Part shown: piece after piece, positions 7,577-15,626 of the stretch | Layout of the letters: the number at the start of each line of letters is the position of its first letter | Position numbering within the stretch: the first letter of the stretch is position 1 | Source: Planctomycetaceae bacterium | GTDB taxonomy: Bacteria > Planctomycetota > UBA8742 > UBA2392 > JABWBM01 | Direction: 5' to 3' | Assembly (NCBI GenBank): GCA_013360495.1 | Contig: JABWBM010000001.1 | Span: 1-48,892, forward strand | DNA length: 48,892 nt | The notes under the pieces: generated by a model | What the model was told of the DNA's origin: nothing | The model's database searches: none | The model's input: only the letters and a program-made list of their open reading frames with translations | Translations under genes and position numbers: made by a program

Positions 7577-9208
7577 TCAGTGCGACACTGCCTGCGTGAC
7601 CACCCCGCCGCGGGAGATGTCTGCGGCGATTTTTGCGACCAGAACATCGAAAGTCTGTTCGTTATCGTTCCAGATGAGCGATTCGTTCTTTGACGGTACT
7701 TTGCCCACGACGTCCTTCACCGCCTGATAGAGCCGCGCGGTCGCGGGCGAGAGGCAGACACGCGCGTCATAGCCACCGGTGAGAATCTTAGCGCGCAGGT
7801 CGGCGGCCTGCACAGCCGCGATCAACGCGCCCGCCATATACTGCTGGAACAGTTCGACGGATTGGCGCGCGAGGTTTGCCGAGCCGAAACCCTGAGAGTT
7901 GATGTTCTGATTGAACTGCTCAGCGTGGGTCGGGAAGCGATCAGTGAGCGAGTTGCCGAAGAACGTAAGCAGCGGCATCACCGAATTGCCGAGAAGCTGT
8001 ATGCCCTTCAACCCCATGTTGACGCTGCGAGCCTGATTGCCGATCAGCGAGACAGGCAGCCCATTACTAAACTCTTTGGACATCATCAGCGAAATCTGCA
8101 CGTCGATATGCTTGGCCATGAGTCCGATGTAATAGCGAAGCTGATCCATGCCAACGCCGATGTACTGGCCGAGGAAGTTGCCGCAATTGTAGGTAAGCTT
8201 GTTCTCCGTATCCAAGAGCGGGTTGTCGTTGGCGGAGTTGATCTCGATCTCGATCTCGTTGCGTATGCGGTCGAGGCCATCAACAATCGGCCCAAGGTAC
8301 TGCGGCATACATCTCAGTGAGTAGCGATCCTGAATCAGTGCGTGGCCCTTATGTTCGTAATGCCCCTTCATGCCCTCGAGCGTCATGCGCGTGTGTTTGA
8401 GCCACGCACGCATGGTGGATGCTGCTTTGATCTGGCCCGGGAAAGCCTTGTGTTGCTGTACGAATTCCGCGAGCGGCGCCTCGCCGGCGTTCAAGGCCTG
8501 CATGGCAAGGGCGTGAAAGCCCATTGTCAGATCGAGCAGCGTCTTCGCGTCGTCCGAGGCGAGCGCAGCGATACCGGTCATAACGGAAGTGCCGTTGATC
8601 AGCGCCAGGCCTTCCTTGGCCTTGAGGCGGATAGGTTCGAGGCCGGCGCGCTTGAGCGCACTCACCGCGCCCATCTCTTCACCACGATAGTCCACCTTAA
8701 AGTCATCGCTCGTCCCGATGAGGCAGCCCGTGAATGTCGCGAGCGGGATCAAATCGCCGCTGGCCCCAATGGAGCCAAGCTCCTGCATGTGCGGCGTGAT
8801 TCCCTCATTAAGGAAGGTCTCGATACGCTGGAGCAATTCGAGGCGTGCGCCGGAGACACCCCGCATCAGCGAGTTCAGTCGCAGCGTCATGCCCGCGCGC
8901 ACACAGTCGTTGGGCAGGCGCTTGCCAGCGCCGGAGCGCAGCATCCACACTACGTTGTTCTGGAGTTCCTCGACATCCTTGGCCGGAATCACCACATCGG
9001 CGTTGGCGCCGAAGGCCGTGGTCACGCCATAGATGGCTTCGCCCGATTCGACAGCGTGGAGAATGTATTTCGCGGCTTCGTTGACACGGGCGAGGACTGT
9101 TTTGTCCTCGCTGATGGCGACCGGCGCGCCATGACGGGCAGCCGCCACGACGGAGCTGATGGTAAGTCCTTCGCCGCGAACTTCGATGGTGGGGTGTTTG
9201 GTTTTCAT
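7577..9208 (-). CDS. MIO-dependent aromatic amino acid ammonia-lyase/aminomutase, PAL/TAL-like rather than histidase-like
   Basis: GSIGASGDLIPLA contains the Ala-Ser-Gly MIO triad (8756-8764). YGVTTAFG and NQNINSQG resemble the PAL/TAL NQDVNSLG rather than the HAL QEDHVSM. The selector positions read Met-Leu (8939-8944), not the Ser-His of histidase. I prefer ATG 9208, because the track start GTG 9220 lies inside a repeat. Confidence 0.8.
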   Translation of the reverse strand: MKTKHPTIEVRGEGLTISSVVAAARHGAPVAISEDKTVLARVNEAAKYILHAVESGEAIYGVTTAFGANADVVIPAKDVEELQNNVVWMLRSGAGKRLPNDCVRAGMTLRLNSLMRGVSGARLELLQRIETFLNEGITPHMQELGSIGASGDLIPLATFTGCLIGTSDDFKVDYRGEEMGAVSALKRAGLEPIRLKAKEGLALINGTSVMTGIAALASDDAKTLLDLTMGFHALAMQALNAGEAPLAEFVQQHKAFPGQIKAASTMRAWLKHTRMTLEGMKGHYEHKGHALIQDRYSLRCMPQYLGPIVDGLDRIRNEIEIEINSANDNPLLDTENKLTYNCGNFLGQYIGVGMDQLRYYIGLMAKHIDVQISLMMSKEFSNGLPVSLIGNQARSVNMGLKGIQLLGNSVMPLLTFFGNSLTDRFPTHAEQFNQNINSQGFGSANLARQSVELFQQYMAGALIAAVQAADLRAKILTGGYDARVCLSPATARLYQAVKDVVGKVPSKNESLIWNDNEQTFDVLVAKIAADISRGGVVTQAVSH

Positions 9209-9210
9209 GT

Positions 9211-9294
9211 GTAGCGTCACGGCTATGCCGTGACGGTCTTTCTAGGAAAGTCTCTCCTCCAACTCAAGACGCCACGGCATAGCCGTGGCGCTAC
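9211..9294. repeat. Family-2 nested-palindrome repeat (variant hairpins)
   Basis: The sequence reads GTAGCG-TCACGGC-TAT-GCCGTGA-spacer-CCACGGC-ATA-GCCGTGG-CGCTAC. The termini match those at 3755 and 35104, while the hairpin sequences differ but remain self-complementary. Confidence 0.85.
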
Positions 9295-9310
9295 AATCGA
9301 CCAGCATGCC

Positions 9311-11116
9311 CTAGGAAACTTCCAACACCCTAAAATCGTCCTTCGAATCATACATCGCCGCGATCTCGCGCGCATATTTGTCGAGCACGTAGCGCACGCG
9401 TAATTTTTGCGTCGGCGTGGTTTCCTGATTCCCGGCGGTGAAGGGCCGCAGGTAAATGGCCTTGTCGATGCGTTCGTAAGGGTGCTTGTTGGCGCTGGCA
9501 GCTTTGATGCGGGCGAACTCGTCGCGCACGAGATTCACCATAGCGGGGTGATAGACCAGTTCGCGCGGCTCGGTGAACGCGATGTTCGCGGCCTTCGCGG
9601 CGCCTTGGGCGGCGATCATGTCCTCGGCGAGGCAGATCAGGCCGACGCAATACTCGCGCCCCTCGCCCGCGACGGCCACCTGTCCGATGAGCCGCGCCTG
9701 CGCGAGGAACTTCTCGCCAATTTCTTCGAGGTCATAAAATTCACCGTTGGCGAACTTCACGTTCAGGCCCGAACGTCCGAATACTTCGACAAAACCATCC
9801 TTGTCGATGCGGCCACGGTCGCCGGTGAAGTACCATCCGTTCTTGAGCACTTTCGCAGTCGCCTCGGGCTTGTTCAGATAGCCCTTGAAGATCATCTCGC
9901 CCTTAAGGGCGATCTCGCCCGTCTCGCCCACGGGCAGCTCGCGGCCATCCTCGGCCACCACCTTGCCCTGCATCCCGACGATCAGGCGGCCACACGCGCC
10001 GAGCTTGCGCCCGCGGGGGCCGCCGATGCTCACCGCGCCGGCCACTTCGGAGATGCCGTAGCCCTCGTCGACGACGAGGTCGAGCTTGTCCTTGTAGATT
10101 TCGATGGTCTGCGTATCGAGCTTCGCTGCGCCCGAGAGCAGTTGGTCAATGCGATCGAGGCCCATCATAGCCTTGATCTTCGGCGCCAGCGCTTCCTTGT
10201 CGAATGGCCCGGCGAGGATGCTTTGCTTGCCGTCGCTGAACTTGCCCGCGAGCGCGTTCATGCCTTGCAGGAACATCTTGAAAACCTTCGGAACACCCGG
10301 CAGGAAGCGCGGCCTGATCTTCGGCAGGTCGTCCTTCATGGTGAACTTGTTGGAGTAGGCGAGATGCGCGCCGTTCAGCCAGGTCACATAATCCACCAGC
10401 GCCTGAAAGATGTGAGCGTTGGGCAGGTAAGAGATCACCGTGCTCTTGTTGTAGATCATGAAGCTCGGCGTGGTATTGACGGCATTCATGAAAAGATTGC
10501 GCTGGGAGACCATCGCGCCTTTGGGCGCGCCGGTGGTGCCGGACGTGTACATGATTTTGGCGATGTCGTCGCCCTTGACGGCATCGATGCGCTTCTCGAT
10601 GCCGAAGGATGACGGTTTGAGCAACTCGCTGAATGGCCGCGCGGAAGTGGGGTTCTGCCCCGCGCGGTCGAAGAAGATGACTTCTTTCACGCTTGGGATC
10701 TTGTCTTTGGCAACTGCCTGCAAGGTTTCGAGCTGCTTGGGCGTATCGACAAAGATAAAGCGCGCTGAAGAATCGTTGATCTTATAGATCAGCGCGTCGA
10801 GCGGGTCGTTGCCATAGAAACCCACGCTGGCGCAGCGGTTCATGGCGGCTGCCACGTCGGTCAAATTCCACATCGGCTGGTTGTCGGCCCAGATGCCGAT
10901 GCGCTCGCCTTCCTTCAGTCCCAGCGCCGCGAGGTTGGCGGCGACGGTTTTCGCTTGAGCGTAGAAATCCTTGAGCGTCGTGCTTTTGGTGAATGCTCCT
11001 TGGGCGCCCTTGTCGAGCAGCGCGATGTTATCGGGATAGAGCGCGGCAGCTTGGCGCAGGCCATGGACGAGGCTGCCCGTGCTGGCAATCGAGGGGTGTG
11101 CCTGTATTTCCTTCAT
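9311..11116 (-). CDS. AMP-dependent acyl-CoA synthetase/ligase (long-chain type)
   Basis: It carries the YTSGTTGAPKGAM AMP-binding motif, GEIALKGEMIFKGY and FTGDRGRIDKDGF. The ~600 aa length is as in FACS-type enzymes. Confidence 0.85.
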   Translation of the reverse strand: MKEIQAHPSIASTGSLVHGLRQAAALYPDNIALLDKGAQGAFTKSTTLKDFYAQAKTVAANLAALGLKEGERIGIWADNQPMWNLTDVAAAMNRCASVGFYGNDPLDALIYKINDSSARFIFVDTPKQLETLQAVAKDKIPSVKEVIFFDRAGQNPTSARPFSELLKPSSFGIEKRIDAVKGDDIAKIMYTSGTTGAPKGAMVSQRNLFMNAVNTTPSFMIYNKSTVISYLPNAHIFQALVDYVTWLNGAHLAYSNKFTMKDDLPKIRPRFLPGVPKVFKMFLQGMNALAGKFSDGKQSILAGPFDKEALAPKIKAMMGLDRIDQLLSGAAKLDTQTIEIYKDKLDLVVDEGYGISEVAGAVSIGGPRGRKLGACGRLIVGMQGKVVAEDGRELPVGETGEIALKGEMIFKGYLNKPEATAKVLKNGWYFTGDRGRIDKDGFVEVFGRSGLNVKFANGEFYDLEEIGEKFLAQARLIGQVAVAGEGREYCVGLICLAEDMIAAQGAAKAANIAFTEPRELVYHPAMVNLVRDEFARIKAASANKHPYERIDKAIYLRPFTAGNQETTPTQKLRVRYVLDKYAREIAAMYDSKDDFRVLEVS

Positions 11117-11175
11117 GGGCGCTCAGCCTCAAAGCACAGGCGCAAGACATGGCCTGTGAGGACATTCCGAAGTTT

Positions 11176-12750
11176 CTACTGCGTGAGTATCTTTTCCTTG
11201 CGCTTGGCGAGTTCCTTGCGGTATTCCTCCTTCTCCATCATCGCGAGCTTTTTGATGCGCGCATCCGGATCGTCGGGATATTTGATGCGGTGGTGGTACA
11301 TGGACACCAGCGCCTTAACCATCGCATCCTCCGCGAGCTTGAGATCGCGCATGGTGATGTCGCACTCGTCGAATTGACCGTCCGAGAGCTTCGTCATAAT
11401 GGCGTCGTGGACGAATTTTTGCATGGTGGCGGGCGTCTGCGGCCCGTCGAGCTTGGCGCGCCCCGAAGCCTCCACCAGGTCGGCAATAGCGAGGATGGCG
11501 GCCTCGCGGGATTGCGGCTTCGGCCCGGGGTAGCGGAACTGCGATTCTTCGACGTGGGCGCCGTTCGTCGCCTGCATCTTCGCCTTGTGATAGAAGTATT
11601 TCACCGAGCTTGTGCCGTGATGTCCTGTGATGAAGTCCTCGAGCACGCGCGGAAGCTTATGCTGGCGCGCGATTTCGACGCCCTCCTTGACGTGGCTCAG
11701 GATGATCATCGCGCTCATCTGCGGCGTCAAGCGATCATGATAGAGTTTCGAGTTTGGCTCGTTCTCCGTGAAGTATTCCGGACGCACCATTTTGCCGAGG
11801 TCGTGAAAGAGCGTTCCGACACGCGTGAGCAAGGCGTTTCCCCCGATGGCTTCGACACCCGCGGAAGCAAGGCGCGCGACATTCTGCGTGTGCATGTATG
11901 TTCCCGGCGCGCGCTCGAGCATGAGCTTCAAAAGCGGGTGATTGCCATCCTCAAGTTCGAGCAGTCGGATTTCTGTGACAATGCCGAAGGCCAGTTCCAG
12001 GATCGGGATCAATGAGGTCGCGATCACACCGGCTGCGATGCCGTGGGCGAGCGCGATGCCGACCCACTTCAACATATCGAGCGAAAACAGTCCGCCTTCG
12101 CTCTTCCAAAAACCCATCAGTTCGAAGGCGACCATCGCGCCGGCCATCACCAGACCGGCGTAGAGCCCGACCTTCACCAGCCGCACGCGGCTACGAAGGT
12201 TTCGTGTCAACAAGATCGTCGCCAGCGACCCGGAAAAGAGTACCAGCAGCGACGCCGTCGCCTCGGCCGTCACCACACCAACGGGCGCCGCAAGCGCGCC
12301 CTGCATCGCCATCAAGGCGAAAAGCACAGCGAGATGGTCAAGTGCGAAGCGCTGGTTATAGACGACCGTGAGAAGCAAAGCGAAAAGCGGGGCAGGGATG
12401 AAGAGCCACCCGCGAGCCGGCTCATACCCCACGCACAGACGCGCAGCAAAGAGCTGCGCGGCGATTAAAAGCACATAGAGCAGCCGCTTCCTTGTGGTAT
12501 CGAGGTTGCCGGAACGGAAGCGCGCGATATAGCGCAGGAAAAGAAAAACAGCCGCGCCGATTACGGCCGTCAATCCGCCCATGGCGGCGACGCTGTTATG
12601 CTTGAACGGGAAGGCGAGCAACCCGAGCAACGCACCGGTCACTGAAGCCCATGTGACGATCCAGATGGCGCGGCGCGGCCAGTTCGCTCCTTCGCCATTG
12701 CGCGCGAGCGACGTGTGCAGGCGGTTCTCGATCAATTCGAGCCGGTCCAC
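11176..12750 (-). CDS. 7TM-receptor / HD-domain phosphohydrolase (PgpH/YqfF-like)
   Basis: About seven hydrophobic helices are followed by an HD domain (FHDLGK ... ITGHHG). The GTG start lies 4 nt after the phoH stop with GGAGG upstream. This is the classic phoH-HD hydrolase gene order. Confidence 0.8.
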   Translation of the reverse strand: MDRLELIENRLHTSLARNGEGANWPRRAIWIVTWASVTGALLGLLAFPFKHNSVAAMGGLTAVIGAAVFLFLRYIARFRSGNLDTTRKRLLYVLLIAAQLFAARLCVGYEPARGWLFIPAPLFALLLTVVYNQRFALDHLAVLFALMAMQGALAAPVGVVTAEATASLLVLFSGSLATILLTRNLRSRVRLVKVGLYAGLVMAGAMVAFELMGFWKSEGGLFSLDMLKWVGIALAHGIAAGVIATSLIPILELAFGIVTEIRLLELEDGNHPLLKLMLERAPGTYMHTQNVARLASAGVEAIGGNALLTRVGTLFHDLGKMVRPEYFTENEPNSKLYHDRLTPQMSAMIILSHVKEGVEIARQHKLPRVLEDFITGHHGTSSVKYFYHKAKMQATNGAHVEESQFRYPGPKPQSREAAILAIADLVEASGRAKLDGPQTPATMQKFVHDAIMTKLSDGQFDECDITMRDLKLAEDAMVKALVSMYHHRIKYPDDPDARIKKLAMMEKEEYRKELAKRKEKILTQ

Positions 12751-12754
12751 GGGG

Positions 12755-13681
12755 CTACACCTCCTGCCCGCCGTAGGCGTCGATCACTCGCTGAACCAAT
12801 TCGTGGCGCACGATATCGGAGCGGGAAAGGCGGCATATCACGATGCCGTCAACGTTGTCGAGGCGTTTTACGGCGTCTTCGAGGCCGGACTGCTGGTGGT
12901 AGGGAAGATCGGTCTGCGTCACGTCGCCGGTGATGACGATCTTGCTTTTCTTGCCGAGGCGCGTGAGCAGCATTAGCATCTGTTTCGGCGTCGAGTTTTG
13001 CGCTTCGTCGAAAATGACGAAGGCGTGGTCGAGGGTGCGCCCGCGCATATAGGCGAGCGGCGCGATCTCGATCACGTCGCGCTCGATGTATTGTTTCGCC
13101 TGATTGTGGGGCATGACTGAACCGAGCGCGTCGAAGATCGGACGCAAATAGGGATTGACCTTGGCCTGGAAGTCGCCGGGCAGGAAGCCAAGCTTTTCTC
13201 CGGCTTCCACGGCGGGACGCACGAGCACGATGCGCCGCACATCGCCACGCACGAGCGCGCTCACCGCCATGGCTGTGGCAAGGAAGGTTTTGCCTGACCC
13301 CGCAGGGCCGACGCCAAAGACAATGTCATGCTTGCGGATGGCCTCGACGTAGAGTTTCTGGCCTTCGGTTTTTGGCTCGAAGCCGCCAAGGCGTTCGGGT
13401 TTGGCTTCGTCTTCTTCAGGAGGATGTTCCGTGCGGCCAAGAAGGGCGTTCTCGACATCGGCAAGACGAAGGTGGCCCTTCTCGCGCACTTGCTCCTGCA
13501 GCGAAAGTAGCGTGGAATAGGCGTCGAGGACGCTGGCTTCGTCGCCGTTGATGCGGATGGTTCCGTTGCGCGCGAAAATTTTGACGTCGAAATGGTTGCG
13601 CACCATTTTGAGGTAACGGTCGCGCTCGCCGTAAAGACTGAGGGCTTCTTCCTTACTCCGAAGGTTGATCGTCTTTTCCAT
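12755..13681 (-). CDS. phoH: PhoH-like ATPase
   Basis: It has the GPAGSGKTFLA Walker A and FVIFDEAQN Walker B-like motifs and a full-length PhoH/YbeZ pattern. ATG 13681 has AGGAG upstream, whereas the track start 13684 is TTG. Confidence 0.9.
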   Translation of the reverse strand: MEKTINLRSKEEALSLYGERDRYLKMVRNHFDVKIFARNGTIRINGDEASVLDAYSTLLSLQEQVREKGHLRLADVENALLGRTEHPPEEDEAKPERLGGFEPKTEGQKLYVEAIRKHDIVFGVGPAGSGKTFLATAMAVSALVRGDVRRIVLVRPAVEAGEKLGFLPGDFQAKVNPYLRPIFDALGSVMPHNQAKQYIERDVIEIAPLAYMRGRTLDHAFVIFDEAQNSTPKQMLMLLTRLGKKSKIVITGDVTQTDLPYHQQSGLEDAVKRLDNVDGIVICRLSRSDIVRHELVQRVIDAYGGQEV

Positions 13682-13856
13682 CAAACTCCTGCGAGAGCGT
13701 CATGCCCGAACCGGTCTCCCGACGATTAACATTAGATGTTCTTCGCGTGGCACGCAAAGAAAAGCCATAACCATTTTGAAACAGGCGTGTTGCGCGTATG
13801 CCCGCAAAGCGTTATGGGGCGGACAGGACCGCATTTTCGCTCCGGCCGAAGATCGT

Positions 13857-15404
13857 TCATGCTTTGGGCGGTAAAGGTTGAGTCATCCCGCGCAGACAGC
13901 CGTAGCCGCGTCCATGATGGGTTGCGAAGAACGAACGCGAGCGCTCGACAAGGTCACCTAGCTCGTGTTTGTCCGGGTTTGATTGTGCGAGGCGCAGAAC
14001 GTTTCGGTAGTGCATCATCCGCATCACGATGTAGTACAGCCTCGTTCCCTCGGCCCGGTCGAGCACTTCCTGTGTGTCGCGGATAAATCTGCGCGACGCG
14101 CCGAAATTACCCGATATGCGGTGGAGTTGCGCCGAAAGCAGGGGGCGCAGCAGGTCGATGTCGGCGTTCCGCGAGTCGAAAAGCCCCTGCCCATCGAATT
14201 CCTTCAAGAGAACACCCGGATTTGTCCGCTTGTTCGAACGAAGGAGCGCCAGCAGTCCCTCCGCGTACGCGGCAAAGAGCGGGCCAAGATGCATCTGTTG
14301 CTGTCGCGCGAGCGGGGCGAAATCCTTGAGAGCGAGCGTCAACGCGCCCTTGTCTTCGAGCCAGCATGCCCACACCAGCGGCACATGGGAATAGACGATG
14401 CGATAGCGCGCGCCCACGGAGTCGCAATGTTCAGGGAGTTGCCGGCAAAAGCTGTCAAAGGGCAATGTTCCGGCGTAGAGGTCGAGGACATCCAACATCG
14501 GGCGGTACGTACCCGCGCTTTCCTCGTCGAAGACCGAGAATGCCTGCCGCACGAGCGCCTGGGCTTCCCGCATGTCCCCCAACTCGAGGCTCAGGAGTCC
14601 GCTCATCAGCGCGACGCGACCGTAGGCCGGCTCATTCCGCATCGTCTCGAACAGAGCGAGAGCGGCATTGGCGAAACGCTTGGCCTCATAGCCGAGCCGC
14701 GCTCCACGCAGATTGTCGATCAGATAATGGAGATGGTCGAGAATCTCCGGGTCGGCGTAGTTGCGCGACGTCATCAAGCGAAGCACCAATCCACGGTAAA
14801 TCGCGGCCGCGCGATCCAGATTGCCGAGTGTGAATTCGTGATGGGCGTGGAGCCGGTCGAGCCGGACTTTGAGTTGCTCGTCGTCGCAGAACTCCGAAAT
14901 CTGCAACGCGCCGGCCAGCAGGCGCTTGGCGGCGTTGACGTCGTATTGATCGAAGGCGTGTTGGAGCTGCTCGAGCAATTGCGCGAGCACGGGGTTGGCG
15001 TCGGCGCTCAAGCGTTCGCGTGTCTCGCGCCACGCGAAAAGCGCGTCGTTGAGTTTTCGAAACACTTTCAGATGGTCTTTGCCCGCCAGCGCGCCGAGCC
15101 TCATGCGCGCGATGGCGTTCATTGATTGCACCAGTTCGAGCAGCGTCTCCGCGCGCTCGGTCTGGGACCAGCGCACGTCGGTCAAGTAGGGTTCTCCTTC
15201 GCCAAGCAGCAGCCACGCCGGGTTGACATCGAGTTCGTTCGCTAGTCCTGCGCAAAAATCGGCGGGCAGGCGCCGCCCTTTCAAATAGTAGTGGATGTTG
15301 GTGCGCGAGGTTTGGGTCGCGCGGGCGATGTCGGCTTGGGAGTGCCGCTTGAGCAACTCCTCGAAGCGCGAGCGGATGGCGTTGTCATGGGCCTTGATAT
15401 CCAT
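13857..15404 (-). CDS. XRE-family helix-turn-helix regulator with long TPR-like helical-repeat C-terminal domain
   Basis: The N-terminus reads RFEELLKRHSQADIARATQTSRTNIHYYLKGRRLPADFCAGLANELDVNPAWLLLGEG, an HTH_XRE pattern. The remaining ~440 aa are helical, with repeated G(N/D)xxxAxxxY/F-type TPR-like spacing (FTLGNLDRAAAIYRGL, LELGDMREAQALVRQAF, ISGNFGASRRFIRD). I prefer ATG 15404 to GTG 15425. Confidence 0.7.
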   Translation of the reverse strand: MDIKAHDNAIRSRFEELLKRHSQADIARATQTSRTNIHYYLKGRRLPADFCAGLANELDVNPAWLLLGEGEPYLTDVRWSQTERAETLLELVQSMNAIARMRLGALAGKDHLKVFRKLNDALFAWRETRERLSADANPVLAQLLEQLQHAFDQYDVNAAKRLLAGALQISEFCDDEQLKVRLDRLHAHHEFTLGNLDRAAAIYRGLVLRLMTSRNYADPEILDHLHYLIDNLRGARLGYEAKRFANAALALFETMRNEPAYGRVALMSGLLSLELGDMREAQALVRQAFSVFDEESAGTYRPMLDVLDLYAGTLPFDSFCRQLPEHCDSVGARYRIVYSHVPLVWACWLEDKGALTLALKDFAPLARQQQMHLGPLFAAYAEGLLALLRSNKRTNPGVLLKEFDGQGLFDSRNADIDLLRPLLSAQLHRISGNFGASRRFIRDTQEVLDRAEGTRLYYIVMRMMHYRNVLRLAQSNPDKHELGDLVERSRSFFATHHGRGYGCLRGMTQPLPPKA

Positions 15405-15465
15405 GGGCAAGACCTTCGACAGCACCCGTTCAATGTCGTTATATCGTTCTCTAATCGAAACGTAA

Positions 15466-15489
15466 CCTTAATATATGGCATATATAAGG
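15466..15489. promoter_or_regulatory. Candidate operator: near-perfect palindrome CCTTAATATATG-G-CATATATAAGG in the divergent promoter region
   Basis: Read directly. It lies in the 222-bp AT-rich gap between the HTH regulator (minus strand) and the He_PIG operon (plus strand). The core TATATG-G-CATATA is perfect, and the arms extend to CCTT/AAGG with one bulged base. Confidence 0.4.
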
Positions 15490-15626
15490 CAATTGATAGC
15501 ACTATACACGAATCAGAACAGGAAACATAGTGTTCTTTTTTAGGAACACCGACCCGCCCGCAGGGCGCCTCGAACATGGCTCCCAACCTCCAATTGCGGT
15601 ACTTTTGATGGCACGGGAGGCGAACC

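Noticed and set aside
13703-13774. Small minus-strand ORFs (16 to 24 codons) between the HTH+TPR regulator stop and phoH, considered as RRNPP-style pro-peptides directly downstream of the receptor.
   Set aside because: They have no SD and no signal or leader-like sequence, and their composition looks like chance. The double-glycine-leader ORF at 21907 is a far better peptide candidate.
15543-15575. GGAAC followed about 17 nt later by GCGCC upstream of A1, considered as an ECF-sigma promoter.
   Set aside because: The -10 part does not match the CGTC/GTC ECF consensus, and no ECF sigma or anti-sigma gene is nearby.
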